Shown: positions 9,027 through 19,245, counted from the stretch's first letter. The stretch is DNA of 37,385 nt from Candidatus Spechtbacterales bacterium (GCA_040900345.1 JBBDZE010000035.1:20125-57509), one strand, 5' to 3'. Numbers and translations are program-made. Notes: generated from the letters alone by a model not told the origin.

Positions 9027-9427
9027 CAGCCGGCAATAATAGCGCCCATCACCAAGAGGGCAAGTAGCTGGTAACCATTAAAGATAAGAAATACCTGCTT
9101 TTTCTGGCCCTCGTAAAAAACGTTCATCAAGCTCACGGCCAGCACGAACCCAAGCCACAGCCAGAAGCCGAGCGTTATGCCTTCGGCAATAGTCGCCGCG
9201 CCGGTCATGCCGGTAATGACCGCCACGCCGAAGGCCATGACAATGGAGGCGACGGCACCCCCGACCATAGCCATTTTCATACCGGCCTTCAACTGTTCTT
9301 CACTGCGCCCCACATACTTCATCCACACTTTGCCAAACAAGAGCGGCGAGTACCACAGCGAGCCAATGGCGTAACTCGCTGCGGCAGCTACGAGCACCGC
9401 AAGAAGCGTAACGTCTGCAAACTCCAT
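9017..9427 (-). CDS. DUF1761 family membrane protein
   Basis: AVLVAA..GSLWYSPLLFGKVW, GFWLWLGF, NGYQ; 4 TM. Confidence 0.85.
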   Translation of the reverse strand: MEFADVTLLAVLVAAAASYAIGSLWYSPLLFGKVWMKYVGRSEEQLKAGMKMAMVGGAVASIVMAFGVAVITGMTGAATIAEGITLGFWLWLGFVLAVSLMNVFYEGQKKQVFLIFNGYQLLALLVMGAIIAGWPR

Positions 9428-9470
9428 ACGCGTATTCTGTTAATAATAACGAATATCGCTATGCTTATGA

Positions 9471-9776
9471 TCACAAACACGACAACAGCTCTTCCGTTGG
9501 TGTCCAGCCACACTCACCGTCTGCCTGCACCTCGCATGGTGCGGCCTCATAGCAGGCATACGTTGGCATCCATTCACACGTCGTTACTACCTCTTCGCTG
9601 GCACACACCTGCCCGCTGCAACCAGTAACGACGCACGTGGGACCGATAGTGCCAGGCTCTTCCGGTGCTGTTGCTTCATAAACAAAACCGAGAGCAAGGA
9701 TGCCCGTTGCCACAAGTACGGCGATAGCGCCGCTCACAGCCATGATGTTCCTTGAGTTGCCTCGCATAGCGTGCAA
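9471..9776 (-). CDS. Small Cys-rich membrane-anchored protein (eight-cysteine-cluster-like); start uncertain
   Basis: TM then CVVTGCSGQVC..TTCEW...ACY...CE......CGW. Confidence 0.7.
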   Translation of the reverse strand: MHAMRGNSRNIMAVSGAIAVLVATGILALGFVYEATAPEEPGTIGPTCVVTGCSGQVCASEEVVTTCEWMPTYACYEAAPCEVQADGECGWTPTEELLSCL

Positions 9777-9787
9777 GAAGTTGCCCC

Positions 9788-10366
9788 CTACTCAAACACC
9801 ACCGGGACACGCAGTTCGTCGGCATGTTCGGGCAGACCGGACGGGTTATCTTTCTCCAGGACCAACGTACCCGTTCGCGTTGTGGGAGCAGTAAAGGTTA
9901 GGGTAGCTTCAAACGGCACGAAATCTTCGGTCATCCAATTGCTCTGGGCGGTCGCGATGGCCATGGCAATTTCATTGCCGTTGCCATCAAGCAATCGCAC
10001 GGGAAAGTCTGCCTCAAAATACCACATGCCGCGCGCCTCGCCTGAAATGGCGAGCGGGCTTGTAATCTCGGCGTTGGGCCGGGGAGCATCAATACGAATT
10101 ATAGTGCGCTTTTCCAGCTCATTGCCAATATCTTCCGTGAAGGTCCGGCCGTCGCTCGTGCGACACTGGCGCGGGTAGGACTCCATGATAACGCTTCCCT
10201 CTTCCTGTATACATTCTTCAAAACTCGTGGCAGTACTTGCTACGTCATCGCTTCCCGGAGCAAGAGCGCCCTCGCCTCGAACCAGCCAGACAAGTACTGC
10301 AATAAGAGCTACCGCCACAAGGATTCCCAACGTCCCCGTTAGATACATTTGCCGTTGCCTGTCCAT
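9788..10366 (-). CDS. Membrane-anchored Gmad2 immunoglobulin-like domain protein
   Basis: SFEEC..MESYPRQC; SPLAISGEARG.WYFEADFPV; LEKDNPSG. Confidence 0.85.
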   Translation of the reverse strand: MDRQRQMYLTGTLGILVAVALIAVLVWLVRGEGALAPGSDDVASTATSFEECIQEEGSVIMESYPRQCRTSDGRTFTEDIGNELEKRTIIRIDAPRPNAEITSPLAISGEARGMWYFEADFPVRLLDGNGNEIAMAIATAQSNWMTEDFVPFEATLTFTAPTTRTGTLVLEKDNPSGLPEHADELRVPVVFE

Positions 10367-10631
10367 AGTCGTCTAAAAAAAATATTAGGAATAATGTGGC
10401 GCTATTATGCCAAACTGCAACAAAAACGCAAGGCCTTTACGCCAAAACATCCTTCTTCGCCTCTGCTCCTTTTTCCTGGGGAACATCGGACCACTTAGCG
10501 CGTTCCGTTTTATACGACCATACAGAAAAGCGACCCACTTCTTCAATGCGTCCGCCATGCTGTGAAAGCCACTTGCGAGACAGGTCATCGCTGGCATACA
10601 GCAGTATCTTAAGCGCCTTATGCTCCCGCGA

Positions 10632-11438
10632 CTAGGCGATGTACCAACGCGCCCTGCGCGCGCTTACAAATCCTTCCTTTTCCATGCCGGCGATAACATG
10701 CTTTACCCGCCGGATATCTTCCTTGAACTCGAGAGCCAGCTCTTCCGGCCGCGCACCATCGTTGAGAAGTCGGCGTATGATGCGTCCACGCAGCTGGCGA
10801 TCGGATCCTTCAAACGTACTTTGTCGCGCATAGTGGGCGCTTCTTCGATTGGGATTGACCACGCTGCGCGGCAGCGTTGAACCATAATCCATGAGCGCAT
10901 AGTACCACTGACGCGGATTATCAGCGTCTACCGTGCGCGCCACATGAGCAAAAATCTCCCGGTCGTGCACCGGCTCTTTGGCCCCACTAAAAAAATAATG
11001 CAAATACACGCGCCGAATATTCGTTTCAATGAATACCGTGGGTACATTGAAAGCGAATGCTACAATGGAAGCTGCGGTCGCCGGCCCAACACCCGGAAGC
11101 CGCGTCAACGCTTCCGATGTTTTGGGAAGGCGTCCGTGGTACTCGTGCACGACCATCTGGGCTGCGCCGTGCAACGCGAGGGCGCGGCGATTATACCCCA
11201 TGCCCTGCCAGGCGCGCAGTACATCAGTGCGGGATGCTCCAGCCAGCGCGGCAAACGAGGGAAATGTTCGTATAAAAACAGGAAATACTTTTTGCACCCG
11301 TGCCACCTGGGTTTGCTGCAGCATCACCTCTGAAACAAGGATACGATAGGGTGTAATGGTTGTGCGCCACGCAAGTTCGCGACCATGCTCGCGATAATGG
11401 TCCCAGATAATCTTTTTAAATACACTATCTTTACGCAT
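10632..11438 (-). CDS. mutY: A/G-specific adenine glycosylase, short form without Fe-S cluster
   Basis: WR, VSEVMLQQT, WQGMGYNRRA, HhH LPGVGPATA, ETNIRR, ALMDYG; no C-X6-C-X2-C-X5-C. Confidence 0.85.
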   Translation of the reverse strand: MRKDSVFKKIIWDHYREHGRELAWRTTITPYRILVSEVMLQQTQVARVQKVFPVFIRTFPSFAALAGASRTDVLRAWQGMGYNRRALALHGAAQMVVHEYHGRLPKTSEALTRLPGVGPATAASIVAFAFNVPTVFIETNIRRVYLHYFFSGAKEPVHDREIFAHVARTVDADNPRQWYYALMDYGSTLPRSVVNPNRRSAHYARQSTFEGSDRQLRGRIIRRLLNDGARPEELALEFKEDIRRVKHVIAGMEKEGFVSARRARWYIA

Positions 11439-11532
11439 TGGGCGTTATTGTAGCACAGCATTATCACATGCCACGCCGAAATATCTGTAAGATGTTGGCA
11501 AATCACCCGTCTTGGCATATAACGAGGGGCAC

Positions 11533-12063
11533 ATGACGCATTCGCACGAACAACAATTTTTGCATGCGTACCGTGAAAACGCAGATGCCATTTTTCGCCA
11601 CTGTTTCTTTCGAGTGTCCGATAAAGAGATGGCGAGCGACCTTATGCAAGAAACCTTCCTGCGTACCTGGAAGTATCTCACCAACGGCAATACGGTGGAA
11701 AATATCCGGGCATTACTGTACCGTATTGCGAATAATCTCATCGTAGACTACTACCGCAGACGAAAGGTCGTGTCGCTCGATGGATTATTAGAGCAGGCTA
11801 TTGAACCGGCCCGGGTCGACGGGCGCACGCTGATGAATACCCAGGTCGACCGTGCATTGGCCGTCAAGGCACTCGACAAACTGCCCGAACATTACCGCCA
11901 AGTTATCGTCATGCGCTATATCGACGAGTTGTCGGTACAAGAGATGGCCTCTATATTAGCAGAAACAGAAAACGCCGTCTCCGTGCGCTTGCACCGGGCA
12001 CTTAAAAAATGTGAAGTAATACTCACCAGTCATGATACGCACAACGACCCAAAAACTTCATAA
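11533..12063 (+). CDS. ECF RNA polymerase sigma-70 factor
   Basis: Region 2 DLMQETFLRTW..LYRIANN..DYYR; region 4 LPEHYRQVIVMRY..LSVQEMA..VSVRLHRA. Confidence 0.92.
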   Translation: MTHSHEQQFLHAYRENADAIFRHCFFRVSDKEMASDLMQETFLRTWKYLTNGNTVENIRALLYRIANNLIVDYYRRRKVVSLDGLLEQAIEPARVDGRTLMNTQVDRALAVKALDKLPEHYRQVIVMRYIDELSVQEMASILAETENAVSVRLHRALKKCEVILTSHDTHNDPKTS

Positions 12064-13210
12064 GAACCTCGCGAGGGAACTGAAGGAACAGTCCCTCCTC
12101 ATTGGCCTAAGCCAAGAGGAAAAGGATGCTTTTGCACGCAAGCTTGAGCTGTTCATGGTGGCAAACCCTGTAAGAAGCGGTGAAGACCTCCGTCTTACTC
12201 AACAAAGGACGCTGGGTGTTTTTTACCAACTCATTCGTGTGCCAAAACCTATGCCACTTGTCATTATACTTGCCGTGGTCGCAACCGTTACCGCCGGAGG
12301 AGGCGCCGCCTATGCGGCCCAGGATACACTCCCCGGAGAGCGTCTCTATGACGTTAAGCTTCACGTCAATGAGCGCTTTGAGGGCCTCCTAGCCATTTCC
12401 GACGAAGATGAAGCGGAGCTCGCCCTTGAGCTTGCCGAGCGTCGTATCCGCGAGAGCGAACGTCTTGCGGAGCGCAAAGAGCTGAGCGCCGAGCTTGCCC
12501 AAGGAATAGAAGCTCGCCTTGCCAGTCACGTTCAGCGCCTAGAAGCGCTGTCCGTCAAACTGGAAGAGCGGGGGCTGACGACCGCTTCAACAAACGTCCG
12601 CATTCGCCTGGCGGCGATGCTCGAGCTGCACAACAAGGTCTTGGCCGAAATGGAAGAAGGCAATGGCCTGCAAGCGCGAGAAGTCGCTCGCATTCGTTCT
12701 GCCATTCAACTCAATAGCACTTTCGTGGCACAAGCCCGCGAACACATGGAGGAGCGCTTCGAGGAACAAGAAGACGCACCCCGCAAAATCGCCGCCGAGC
12801 GTGCTCAGGCATCTGCTACCGCAAAGCTTGAACGTACCAAGGCGTACTTCGCCGACCATGAACACCGTCTGCACGAACGCGTTAAACTGGTCGCCGCTGA
12901 GCTCATCGCGTCCGCCGAGGGGTCTGTCTCTCAAGGAAACCTTCATATGGAGAACGCCGCCTACGGTGATGCATATACCTCCTTCAACGCAGCAATTCAC
13001 GACCTCCAAACCGCCGCGTCCCTTATGGCAACATCCCTGCGCCTCACTACAGACCTGCGGCTCAATAATGCCGCGCAACAACAGCTCCAAGGAGGCGACT
13101 CGCAGGATAACGAAACCACCGATACGCGCAACATGGACGAACAAGGCGTGAATCTCAATGTCGAAAATGGCGCAGTGCTCAAACTTCCCGTACCCGCCCT
13201 CTCACGCTAG
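12032..13210 (+). CDS. Putative anti-sigma membrane protein with DUF5667 domain
   Basis: Overlaps the sigma gene; one TM; AAQDTLPGERLYDVKLHVNE..LAERRIRE; helical C-terminus. Confidence 0.75.
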   Translation: MIRTTTQKLHKNLARELKEQSLLIGLSQEEKDAFARKLELFMVANPVRSGEDLRLTQQRTLGVFYQLIRVPKPMPLVIILAVVATVTAGGGAAYAAQDTLPGERLYDVKLHVNERFEGLLAISDEDEAELALELAERRIRESERLAERKELSAELAQGIEARLASHVQRLEALSVKLEERGLTTASTNVRIRLAAMLELHNKVLAEMEEGNGLQAREVARIRSAIQLNSTFVAQAREHMEERFEEQEDAPRKIAAERAQASATAKLERTKAYFADHEHRLHERVKLVAAELIASAEGSVSQGNLHMENAAYGDAYTSFNAAIHDLQTAASLMATSLRLTTDLRLNNAAQQQLQGGDSQDNETTDTRNMDEQGVNLNVENGAVLKLPVPALSR

Positions 13211-13224
13211 GGCCTTGTATCCCT

Positions 13225-13260
13225 CAACTAAAAACCCCGGGGAACCGGGGTTTTTAGTTG
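13225..13260. terminator. Bidirectional terminator
   Basis: CAACTAAAAACCCCGG-ggaa-CCGGGGTTTTTAGTTG. Confidence 0.85.
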
Positions 13261-13277
13261 TTTGAAAAAAACGTTTC

Positions 13278-13484
13278 CTACGAAGACTGTGGCATCAAAC
13301 CCCGCAAGAAGATAACCAGGGCCCAAAGACCCGCGGCACCGATTGCGTAGTAGACGAGATTAGTTGCCATGCTTTCCTGACCCAACGTGTCGGCAACGAG
13401 ATTAAATTTGAACAGGGCTACCAGACCCCAGTTCAAAGCACCAATAGCTACTAACAATGTTGCGAGTTCGTCAATCCATTTCAT
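13278..13484 (-). CDS. DUF378 family small membrane protein
   Basis: LVAIGALNWGLV.LF.FNLV...VY..IG.AG. Confidence 0.9.
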   Translation of the reverse strand: MKWIDELATLLVAIGALNWGLVALFKFNLVADTLGQESMATNLVYYAIGAAGLWALVIFLRGLMPQSS

Positions 13485-13615
13485 ATAAGGTAATTCGTTT
13501 AATTGAAACGTAAGGAAGCACCCTGACCCTTAGAGGAACTTCCTTACGTATAGTATATTCCATGTGCCCAAAAACCTTTTCCACAATACCTGCAGGTACC
13601 CGTCAAGCTGGGCTC

Positions 13616-14494
13616 TTACCCCTCGAGGCACCTGTTGAACTCCCGCACCTGGATGTTGTAGGCGGTCACCAAATCAACCGTTTCGGCGTAGAGTTCATTG
13701 TACTGGTTCACCAATGCATCGTAGCGCTCTGCTTTTTCTTCATATGCAGGGCCACGCTTTGGCCACGTAGACCGAACGTCTTCACGCGCCGCGTCAATTT
13801 CGAGAATAAGCTCGTTGAGTCGGGTCTGATTCTGCTCAATACGCAGCTTTGTGGTCTGGCTCGGTGGGGGACAAGCCGAGGAGGGCAAGCCAAAATGCTG
13901 CACGGCCACCCATGTAGTGCGTCCTTCATATTCGCCGCGTACTACCGCAACACCGATTTCCCGGTAAGAGTCCTTTAAAATGTTAGCGCGGTGGCCGGGG
14001 CTGTCCATCCACGCCTGTACGAGCGTCTGGTCGTCTTCAAAATTACCCAGGGCCAAGTTTTCACCAATCGCCACAAATGCGTAGCCGCTCTCTTGGACCA
14101 AATCGGCCACGCCTTCGCCGGTCGGGGCCTCGTGCGCAAAGTACTGTCGCTCAAGCATGTCCAACGCCTTCACCTGGGCCGAGGCGTTCAGCGCCGCGTT
14201 CGTGCGCAATGACGCCAATCCCGCCTGGGCGCGATGGGCATTCGTCCACTCCGCCACCCCGGCCACGGTCAGCTGTGCGTCGTTGCCATCAAGCGGCCCA
14301 AAGAGCGGGTCGGGGGTTGAGATACGACGAGAGAACTCGTCGATAAAAAAGTCGAGTGACACTTCTTCAGCACCCATAATGCGCTCGTACGCACTGCGCA
14401 CCAGGTTCTTTCCGGGCTCAGTAAATACGGCTCCCCCGGCAACCAGGAGTACTATCGCTACCGCTATGCCAATTCTTCTCACCGTATGTCTCAT
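13616..14494 (-). CDS. CAP (SCP) domain protein with C-terminal coiled coil
   Basis: TNAHR..GL..L, YFAH, GENLA, WMDSPGHRANIL, EIGV, VQHFG. Confidence 0.9.
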   Translation of the reverse strand: MRHTVRRIGIAVAIVLLVAGGAVFTEPGKNLVRSAYERIMGAEEVSLDFFIDEFSRRISTPDPLFGPLDGNDAQLTVAGVAEWTNAHRAQAGLASLRTNAALNASAQVKALDMLERQYFAHEAPTGEGVADLVQESGYAFVAIGENLALGNFEDDQTLVQAWMDSPGHRANILKDSYREIGVAVVRGEYEGRTTWVAVQHFGLPSSACPPPSQTTKLRIEQNQTRLNELILEIDAAREDVRSTWPKRGPAYEEKAERYDALVNQYNELYAETVDLVTAYNIQVREFNRCLEG

Positions 14495-14542
14495 GGAGTT
14501 TATTATTACTATGATGACATCTCTCCCCGCGCATTCTTTCGC

Positions 14543-15016
14543 TTATGCGGGAGGGGTAGGGAACAAACCGCCGGCGCTTTGCAGGTACGCGTGCGCTTCC
14601 TCCAGCATGCGTCTGCCCTCTTTGAAGGTAAGGCGCCGAAGTGCTTGTTCGTAGGGAAGCCACGCAAAATCCTGCACCTCCTCTTCCTGCGGATGTACCG
14701 TGCCGTCGCTCACCAGGCCGATAAAATACGTAACCGTCTTGGCAATGGTATCCCCCTCTTGCTGAAAATGATACCGCTCTTGAAAGCGCGGTTCTTTCAA
14801 AAGGTGCGTCTTGACAATGCCAGTCTCTTCCTCTAGCTCGCGCCGCGCTGCCGCAAGGGCATCCTCGCCGTTCTCGGCATGCCCTTTGGGAAAAGCCCAG
14901 TGGCCGTGATGTTTATTCTTCCCTGAACGGTACGCATGCTGCACGAGCAAAAATAACAAAGCATCGCCTTCTTGTAATACGGGAATCACCCCAAACGATT
15001 GTTCCTGAATAGCCAT
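14543..15016 (-). CDS. NUDIX hydrolase (Ap4A hydrolase-like); start moved to MAIQEQ
   Basis: HWAFPKGHAENGEDALAAARRELEEETG Nudix box. Confidence 0.9.
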   Translation of the reverse strand: MAIQEQSFGVIPVLQEGDALLFLLVQHAYRSGKNKHHGHWAFPKGHAENGEDALAAARRELEEETGIVKTHLLKEPRFQERYHFQQEGDTIAKTVTYFIGLVSDGTVHPQEEEVQDFAWLPYEQALRRLTFKEGRRMLEEAHAYLQSAGGLFPTPPA

Positions 15017-15127
15017 TGGTCTAGGTGAACTTAGAGTAGTAGGCAACCTAGAGAAGGCGCGGATGCCATGCGTTTGGTCCCTAAGTTTACCTAATGCCTC
15101 TAACCCTTCTTCATGCTTTTCATTGTA

Positions 15128-15889
15128 TCACTCAAATCCCTCGGCGCGCTTGCGCGCGGTACTAATCTCGTCCCGCAAAAGGTCCACCCCCGTGGCCGTT
15201 TCGTTCATTAACATCCCGGGAGCGTCCATGTGACCAAGGCCAAGCGCGTGGCCGACCTCATGGGCCAAAACACGAAAGTCAGGTACCGTGGTAAACTCGG
15301 CGACCGCTATAACGCGCACCCCGAGAAACGCGAGGCCGTTTGGCCCATTGAGCGACCGCAGCATCACTACATTCACCGCATCGGGATGGTAAGCGTCGCG
15401 CCCGCGCAAAAACGCGACGGGGTCACGCAAGAAATCTTCAGTGGCCGCCCCTTTCGCATCCACCTCGTTCACCTCGCCCAACGCAAGCGTGATATCCGCT
15501 TGGCTCCAAATGTTTGAGGCCTCTTCAACCAAGCGCGGCATGTTGTCAACGTTGCGCTGCGTACCTATACTTTCGCCCCGTACCAACACGAGCGAAAGCG
15601 GTATGGAGAGCTGTTCTTCCTCAACTTTGCTAGGCAGCGGGTCCTGCGAGACAAAGCTCGGCGTCTGGCGAAATGGAATATATTGCAAAAGGCTCAAACT
15701 GTAGAGAAGCCCCACCGCCACCGCGACGGCCAACGAGACCTGCATAAGACGAACAACCACGCTTACAAGCGGGTTGCGACGCTGGCGATGCTCCTCCCAC
15801 GCCTCTTCCTGGGCAGGTGTTAGCCCATGCGAGCCATCCCCGTCGCCTTCGGCGAGCGCCAATTCAATGTCGTATTCGTCGTTCTCCAT
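15128..15889 (-). CDS. Membrane-anchored matrixin-like zincin metalloprotease; start moved to MENDEY
   Basis: HEVGHALGLGH followed by a Met-turn (LM); one TM. Confidence 0.8.
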   Translation of the reverse strand: MENDEYDIELALAEGDGDGSHGLTPAQEEAWEEHRQRRNPLVSVVVRLMQVSLAVAVAVGLLYSLSLLQYIPFRQTPSFVSQDPLPSKVEEEQLSIPLSLVLVRGESIGTQRNVDNMPRLVEEASNIWSQADITLALGEVNEVDAKGAATEDFLRDPVAFLRGRDAYHPDAVNVVMLRSLNGPNGLAFLGVRVIAVAEFTTVPDFRVLAHEVGHALGLGHMDAPGMLMNETATGVDLLRDEISTARKRAEGFE

Positions 15890-15971
15890 ACATCGGTATG
15901 CTACCACCAAATTCTTTCTCTGCAACCAACCTTCCCGATTTACGTAAATCGGTACGTAAATCGCCTTTATC

Positions 15972-16007
15972 GAAAACGGCCTCCGCATTTATGCGGAGGC
16001 CGTTTTC
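15972..16007 (-). terminator. Intrinsic terminator after the interrupted surface-protein gene
   Basis: GAAAACGGCCTCCGCAT-tt-ATGCGGAGGCCGTTTTC. Confidence 0.8.
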
Positions 16008-16020
16008 CATTTGAAGGCCC

Positions 16021-18696
16021 CTACTCTATCCGCTCGCCTTCAGGATAGCTGTTAAACTCCGTAGAGTTGACCGGCACAATGTAGAGCGTCCCCATGCCCA
16101 AGCTTGCCAAGGCATTCCAGGAGGTCACCCAGCGCTTCACGCCGTGGTCAATAAGGTACACCTCCGGCGAATTGCCATGGCGAACCAGCAAGCTATCGGG
16201 GTACATCTCAAGGAGCGAGGGCCATACTAATACGACATCTTCCCATCGATTGCCATACGAGTTGAATGTCTCCGGATTCGGAATATGGTGCTTCCGTCCG
16301 TGACGGTTCAGGTAATAGACCTCCCCGCTAAAACTGCTTACCAAATCGGCCGTATGGTAAGCATCAACTTCACGTGCTGGCAGCACCATCACATCGCTAA
16401 ACGAGAATCCGCGATCGCGGAACGCGCTCGCCGTTGGAATCCATAGTTTTCGCTCCCCGATAAGGTAGTAGACGGAAGGAGAATTCTCTGCACGAATGAG
16501 GCTCGTTTGCTGGAAACTTTGGACTACCGCAAATGATACCTCCTCAATGTCGCCCCAACGGAACCCCGACTCATTGAATACTTGGGGGCTTGGAATCCAG
16601 CGCGCCAGTCCATCCTTTACGGCATATACGGTTCCTTGCTCGGCCTGGATAAGGCGTAGGTCGGCGGGCAAGGTGCCAGAGTCGACAATGTTCAGGATCG
16701 GGTCGCGCAACGAGGAGGACGTGGCCGCGCCCACCGAAATTTCAAGGCGGTAGTCGCCGGCCGGAATATGCTCGGGAATTGTGAGCGAGAATGAAGTGCC
16801 GGTCGTAGCACCCTGGCGCAGCACGACCGGCGGATAGCTACGAATGGAAAGTAGCCGGATGGAAAGCGTTCCGCTGGTTGCGCCACCCAACACCCGCCAA
16901 CGGAAAGTGTAGTTCTTGCCCTTTTCAAGGGTTGCGCCTGGCTCCGGGGCCAGAATGTCCACCATGGGCAGAGTGCCAACATAGCGCTCGTCGGCATAGA
17001 AGTTGTTGGCCGTGTTGACCTCTCGATTGGAGGTATCAATAACCCGCGCCTCACCGGCATATAACCCGGCTTGCGGAACTTTAATCTCGTCAAAACTACT
17101 CCCGCCGAAGGTTACCGTACGGCATTCGCCAGATGCAAATGCGAGGCTCGTCGGCGCCAGCACCACTGCCCGAGCTAACGAGTAGAGGTGGTTCTGATTG
17201 CCGACCGTTCGAAAGTCCGACGTGAAAACTGCTCAATTCATTACTGACAAAAAACAGATTCTTGATAAACTAAATGAGCTGCGGTATACTAAAGATGAAC
17301 TACTAAGTCAACTAAAAGATGTCAAACTTAGCGAAAAGTCAAGAAGAAAAGCAGTTGCTTTCCGAGAGTCAGTTAGACGAGGAGGATCAAAAGAACCTTC
17401 AAGATTATTTGGAGGAAGCAGAGCAGTTGGAAAAGTAACTGAAAGCCAGCCAATTAAGGGTGGGTTACTAACACCTGGACAAAAGGTTGGTTTTTTTGCT
17501 GAAAAAAAAGCGGTAGGGGAAGCGCAAAGTGCCACAAGAGGTGTGGCAAGGGCAACAGACGATGTTGCACAAGGCGTTGCGTCAAAGGTGGGCGAAGCGA
17601 CAACTAACGGTCTCGATACATCTCTAATTCGGAAGAGTAAGGAGCAGGTTCAGAGTATTCTACAGACCGTTGGGAAAAGACTCCCAATAAGAAGCCGAGT
17701 AGGAGGAGAAACAGCCCAAGAATTGCAGCGGAGCGAGATTCTTTCTTCATTGCCCCCATTAAACAGAAAAACGAAAACGGAGTCAATAGCCAGAGAGTAC
17801 GCAGAGTACAAAAAGGCGACCGAGGGTATTCGCGGTGTTTGGATAAATATAAGAGAGACGGTGCAGGACAGTTTCATTCGCGCGAGAAAATTACAGGAGA
17901 AGGTAGTCCGGGGTGCGGACATACCAGACGATATAAACATAGACCAAGCCCGTACATTGTTTGACGGCAGGGTTGACGCAAGACTTCGGGCGGCAAAAGA
18001 ATCGGTAACAAAAATAGACCAGTCCATTCTTTCTACTGCAAGGAAGCTGGGCGTTGCTGATAACGAGTTGAGTAGGGAGGTTGATAGCTTTTTGCACGCA
18101 AGACACGCCCTAGAGCGAAACGCGAGGCTTGGCGACGGAGCCGCTGGCCTCAAAAATCAAGAAGCGAAACAGATTTTGAAGGCAATTGAAAGCTCGCCCC
18201 ACCAAGCGGAGGTAAAAATAATAGCCGAGGGTATCTCTGAACTAAACCGCAAAACCCTAAAGACTCTTTTAGACGCAGAGGTCATTGATAAAGAGTTGTT
18301 TGACCTGCTCAACAAGACGTATAAAAATCACGTTCCTCTTCAGCGCGTTTTAGATGAGTCAGAAGACATAGCGCAATCTCTAACGGGGAGGGGGCTTGAT
18401 GTGCGTTCAACCGGGTTGCGAAAGGCGGTAGGTTCCGACAGGCCTATTGCCGACATTCTTACGAATGTTACTGCCAATCTTGACCAAGCAATTATTAGGG
18501 CGGAGAAGAACTTGGTTGACTTAACGACGCTTCGGTTTGCCCGTGCGAATAAGCACTTGGGTATTTTTGAGGAAGTAAAGCCGAAGGTTATAGGAAAAAC
18601 GGGGGATGGTCCTTCCTGCGCCGATGCGCCGGGCACGCTCGCAAGAAACGCGGCACCAAGAACCAACGCGCCAATCAGTACAAGATATCGAGTCAT
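16021..18696 (-). pseudogene. Secreted surface protein (signal peptide, CARDB/Ig-like domains, four ~52-aa C-terminal repeats) interrupted by a 1371-bp insert
   Basis: Signal peptide MTRYLVLIGALVLGAAFLASVPGASA starting at 18696; deleting 17230-18600 joins ..EGPSPV|FTSDFRTVGNQNHL.. in frame with 16021..17166 (434 aa); repeats VY.....K..IP....F...G..W. Confidence 0.8.
17230..18600 (+). mobile_element. Inserted foreign fragment: internal part of a phage-like large helical protein gene, bounded by AAAAC direct repeats
   Basis: Stop-free + frame across the whole insert; lower GC (21/60 in line 17281 vs 39/60 in line 17101); AAAAC at 17225-17229 and 18596-18600; FLHARHALERN and YKNHVPLQR resemble phage large polyvalent/internal virion proteins. 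Confidence 0.7.
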
Positions 18697-18765
18697 AACG
18701 AATGTCCGCAGACAGTTACTTCACTTTGTCCCACTATACGCTTTCTTTCTGATTCGCCAAGTTCA

Positions 18766-19245
18766 TTACTTCCTTTTTACCAGCACCGTCGTTGCCGAAG
18801 ACAAAAGGCCGCCCGCTAGGCCCAAGGCCATGTCCAGCATCGTGTCGGGCAAGCCTTCCTGGAAGGAAAGGCTACGCCGGCCCAAATCTTCAAATGCCTC
18901 TCCAAAAATACCTGGCAGCGGAAAACCAAACTCGCGCGACAGCGCGTAGAGGTTATCAGCAGAAAATTCAAAAAACTCCCACAGCGTGGCGGCCAGCGCT
19001 GTCATGGCAACGGCAAACAACACCACGAACCACCAGGGCAACGCGGGAAGCTTACGCTTGCGCTGCAAAGTGCGAATGAACAGAACGGCCGCAATACCAA
19101 TGCTGATGCCTCCGGCCGTATGCATGGGAATATCAAAACTCGGGTAGGCACGATAAATGCCCACAACGTAGGCCATCACCAAGTGGACGGCCAGTACGCC
19201 CGTGGGCACTACCAAAATATTCGCAAGTTCGCGCCGTGCCAGCAT
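18766..19245 (-). CDS. Integral membrane protein (DUF2238/VanZ-like)
   Basis: DIPMHTAGG, LWEFFEF, DTMLDMALG; 4 TM. Confidence 0.75.
   Translation of the reverse strand: MLARRELANILVVPTGVLAVHLVMAYVVGIYRAYPSFDIPMHTAGGISIGIAAVLFIRTLQRKRKLPALPWWFVVLFAVAMTALAATLWEFFEFSADNLYALSREFGFPLPGIFGEAFEDLGRRSLSFQEGLPDTMLDMALGLAGGLLSSATTVLVKRK

Noticed and set aside
10437-10631. About 64 open codons in frame after the mutY TAG (possible readthrough or recoding)
   Set aside because: A run of this length can arise by chance; it has no resemblance to the MutY C-terminal domain, and TAG is a normal stop for many genes here
13508-13549. 11-bp inverted repeat upstream of DUF378
   Set aside because: Could be a terminator of the CAP gene or an operator; nothing in the sequence distinguishes these
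15022-15103. Imperfect inverted ~9-bp-period repeats upstream of the NUDIX gene as a riboswitch
   Set aside because: Too degenerate (best match 13/15) and no recognisable aptamer; noted only as a periodic tract
17198-18949. 583-aa ORF as a complete gene
   Set aside because: Both ends are antisense read-through of host genes; only 17230-18600 looks like real foreign coding sequence
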